A DNA stretch of 64,000 nucleotides from Gnetum montanum (taxonomy: Eukaryota; Plantae; Gnetophyta), in assembly GCA_015680685.1 (NCBI GenBank), contig MNCI01001142.1, positions 7,588-71,587 on the forward strand, given 5' to 3'. The notes beneath the pieces were generated by a model. The model made no database searches and was not told the DNA's origin. It saw nothing but the letters and a program-made list of their open reading frames with translations. Below are positions 62,951-64,000 of the stretch, in pieces. How positions within the stretch are numbered: position 1 is the first letter of the stretch; every line of letters begins with the position of its first letter. The position numbers and the translations under genes were made by a program.

Positions 62951-64000
62951 AGCATTTGGTTTGAAGGGGACTCGATGGAATGATTTGCAGAGGATGAAGT
63001 AGAAGTAGGATGATCAACCACCTGAGTCTGTGAGGGCTTCGTAGGGGCTATTGGGTCAAAAGAATTTTCTTTTCTAAGCATGAGGTTTTGAACCCCGCTA
63101 TTGATGAATTAGTTGTAGATTGATGGCCCTATTAGCATTTTGTTGTTGTGACTAGGTTGGTAGTTCATCCAAAATAGATGGAGCAAGTAGTAGTTGTGTT
63201 GAGGGTGGAGGAACAGGTGCAGAAATAAGAGAAGGATAAGGATAAAATGTGGCATCCCTCTTGGAATGTGGAGAATGAGATTTGTAGTATTCAAGAGGAT
63301 GGTAGTAATGTTGAAAAGGAGAAACATGATTGGAAGAGTCATGTGGACACAAGGGTTACTGAACGTAATACCCATATGGATTTGATTGCCTTTAAGGATA
63401 TTGCTACGTTGGTGGTGGCATCTCCGATGATTGTGGTTGGTGCCACTATTGATATTGCTTGTACGATTATGGTAGAGATCCTCTTGGATAATATTGTTGT
63501 TGTTGATGGAACTACCTAGGATTTTCTTGAGGATAAGGCAACCTTTTAGGTGCTTGCCTTTTTGCTAGGTGTGGATTTATAGCATACACCCTAGATTCAT
63601 GTAAATGTGACATAATGGGGCAACATCCCTTAGGATGTTCATATTGGTAGATGTCACACCCACCATCATCATTTGACTTAGTTTTTGCAACTTCATCTAC
63701 TGTAGCAATTTACCCTTGCCCCTTTGGTAGGCACATTCAACTTCTTTTCACCTCATGTGGTTACGATTACTACTCTGCTCTCATGATTCTTTGGTGATTT
63801 TTAGAGTAGTTTAGAATTTTTCATCTAATGAATCTCACATTTTATCCATATTAGCTAAAATTTTAGATATAGATTTTTAGATGAACAAGGTCTTTTTGTT
63901 CACCACCTTAACAAGGGGTGATTCCTCCTCACTATCACAAAATTGGACTTCCCTCTTTTTGATGGAGGGATCCTTGTTGTATTCATATGCACTTTCATGT

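Larger units (their letters stand above)
53213..64000 (-). mobile_element. E4: degenerate Athila-like LTR retrotransposon continuing beyond the window
   Basis: 3' LTR 53213-54077 ends in ttcatca, next to PPT tacccccatgactgaa. Extra ORF 54316-57166, IN about 59360-60560, RNaseH 60794-61060 (YASNYAYGAVL..NYTSIEKELMAV), RT about 61100-61950 (MDDFSTYG), protease ALLDSGS about 62810, then gag. Confidence 0.93.

Overview
AT-rich, repeat-dense eukaryotic DNA, most likely from a large land-plant genome (species not identifiable). About 60% of the window is four degenerate Ty3/gypsy LTR retrotransposons of the Athila-like non-chromovirus type (TGATG..CATCA LTR ends, tRNA-Asp-type PBS). E1 (12327-18530, minus) lacks RT/RNaseH and nearly all of integrase. 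E2 (19503-38124, minus, TSD ATAGT) is full length. E3 (30006-35755, plus, TSD GTCAT) is non-autonomous and nested in the gag of E2. E4 (53213 to the window end, minus) is incomplete here. E1 and E2 interrupt an older intron-containing pseudogene that ends in a Ulp1/C48 SUMO-protease domain. The one clearly functional host locus is a MIR169 hairpin (49073-49293), inside a predicted intron of a TATA-driven CpG-rich transcript. Best leads: (1) a conserved 60-63 nt intron ending exactly at the ATG of the extra 3' ORF in all four elements, with an apparent internal promoter; (2) a miR390-like, non-cleavable-type site in the MIR169 loop; (3) an unexplained CpG-retaining region at 42.4-46.3 kb with a GTAC cluster. 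All calls were made by eye and domain boundaries are approximate. N gaps lie at 12669-12801, 31635-32306 and 35436-35543.
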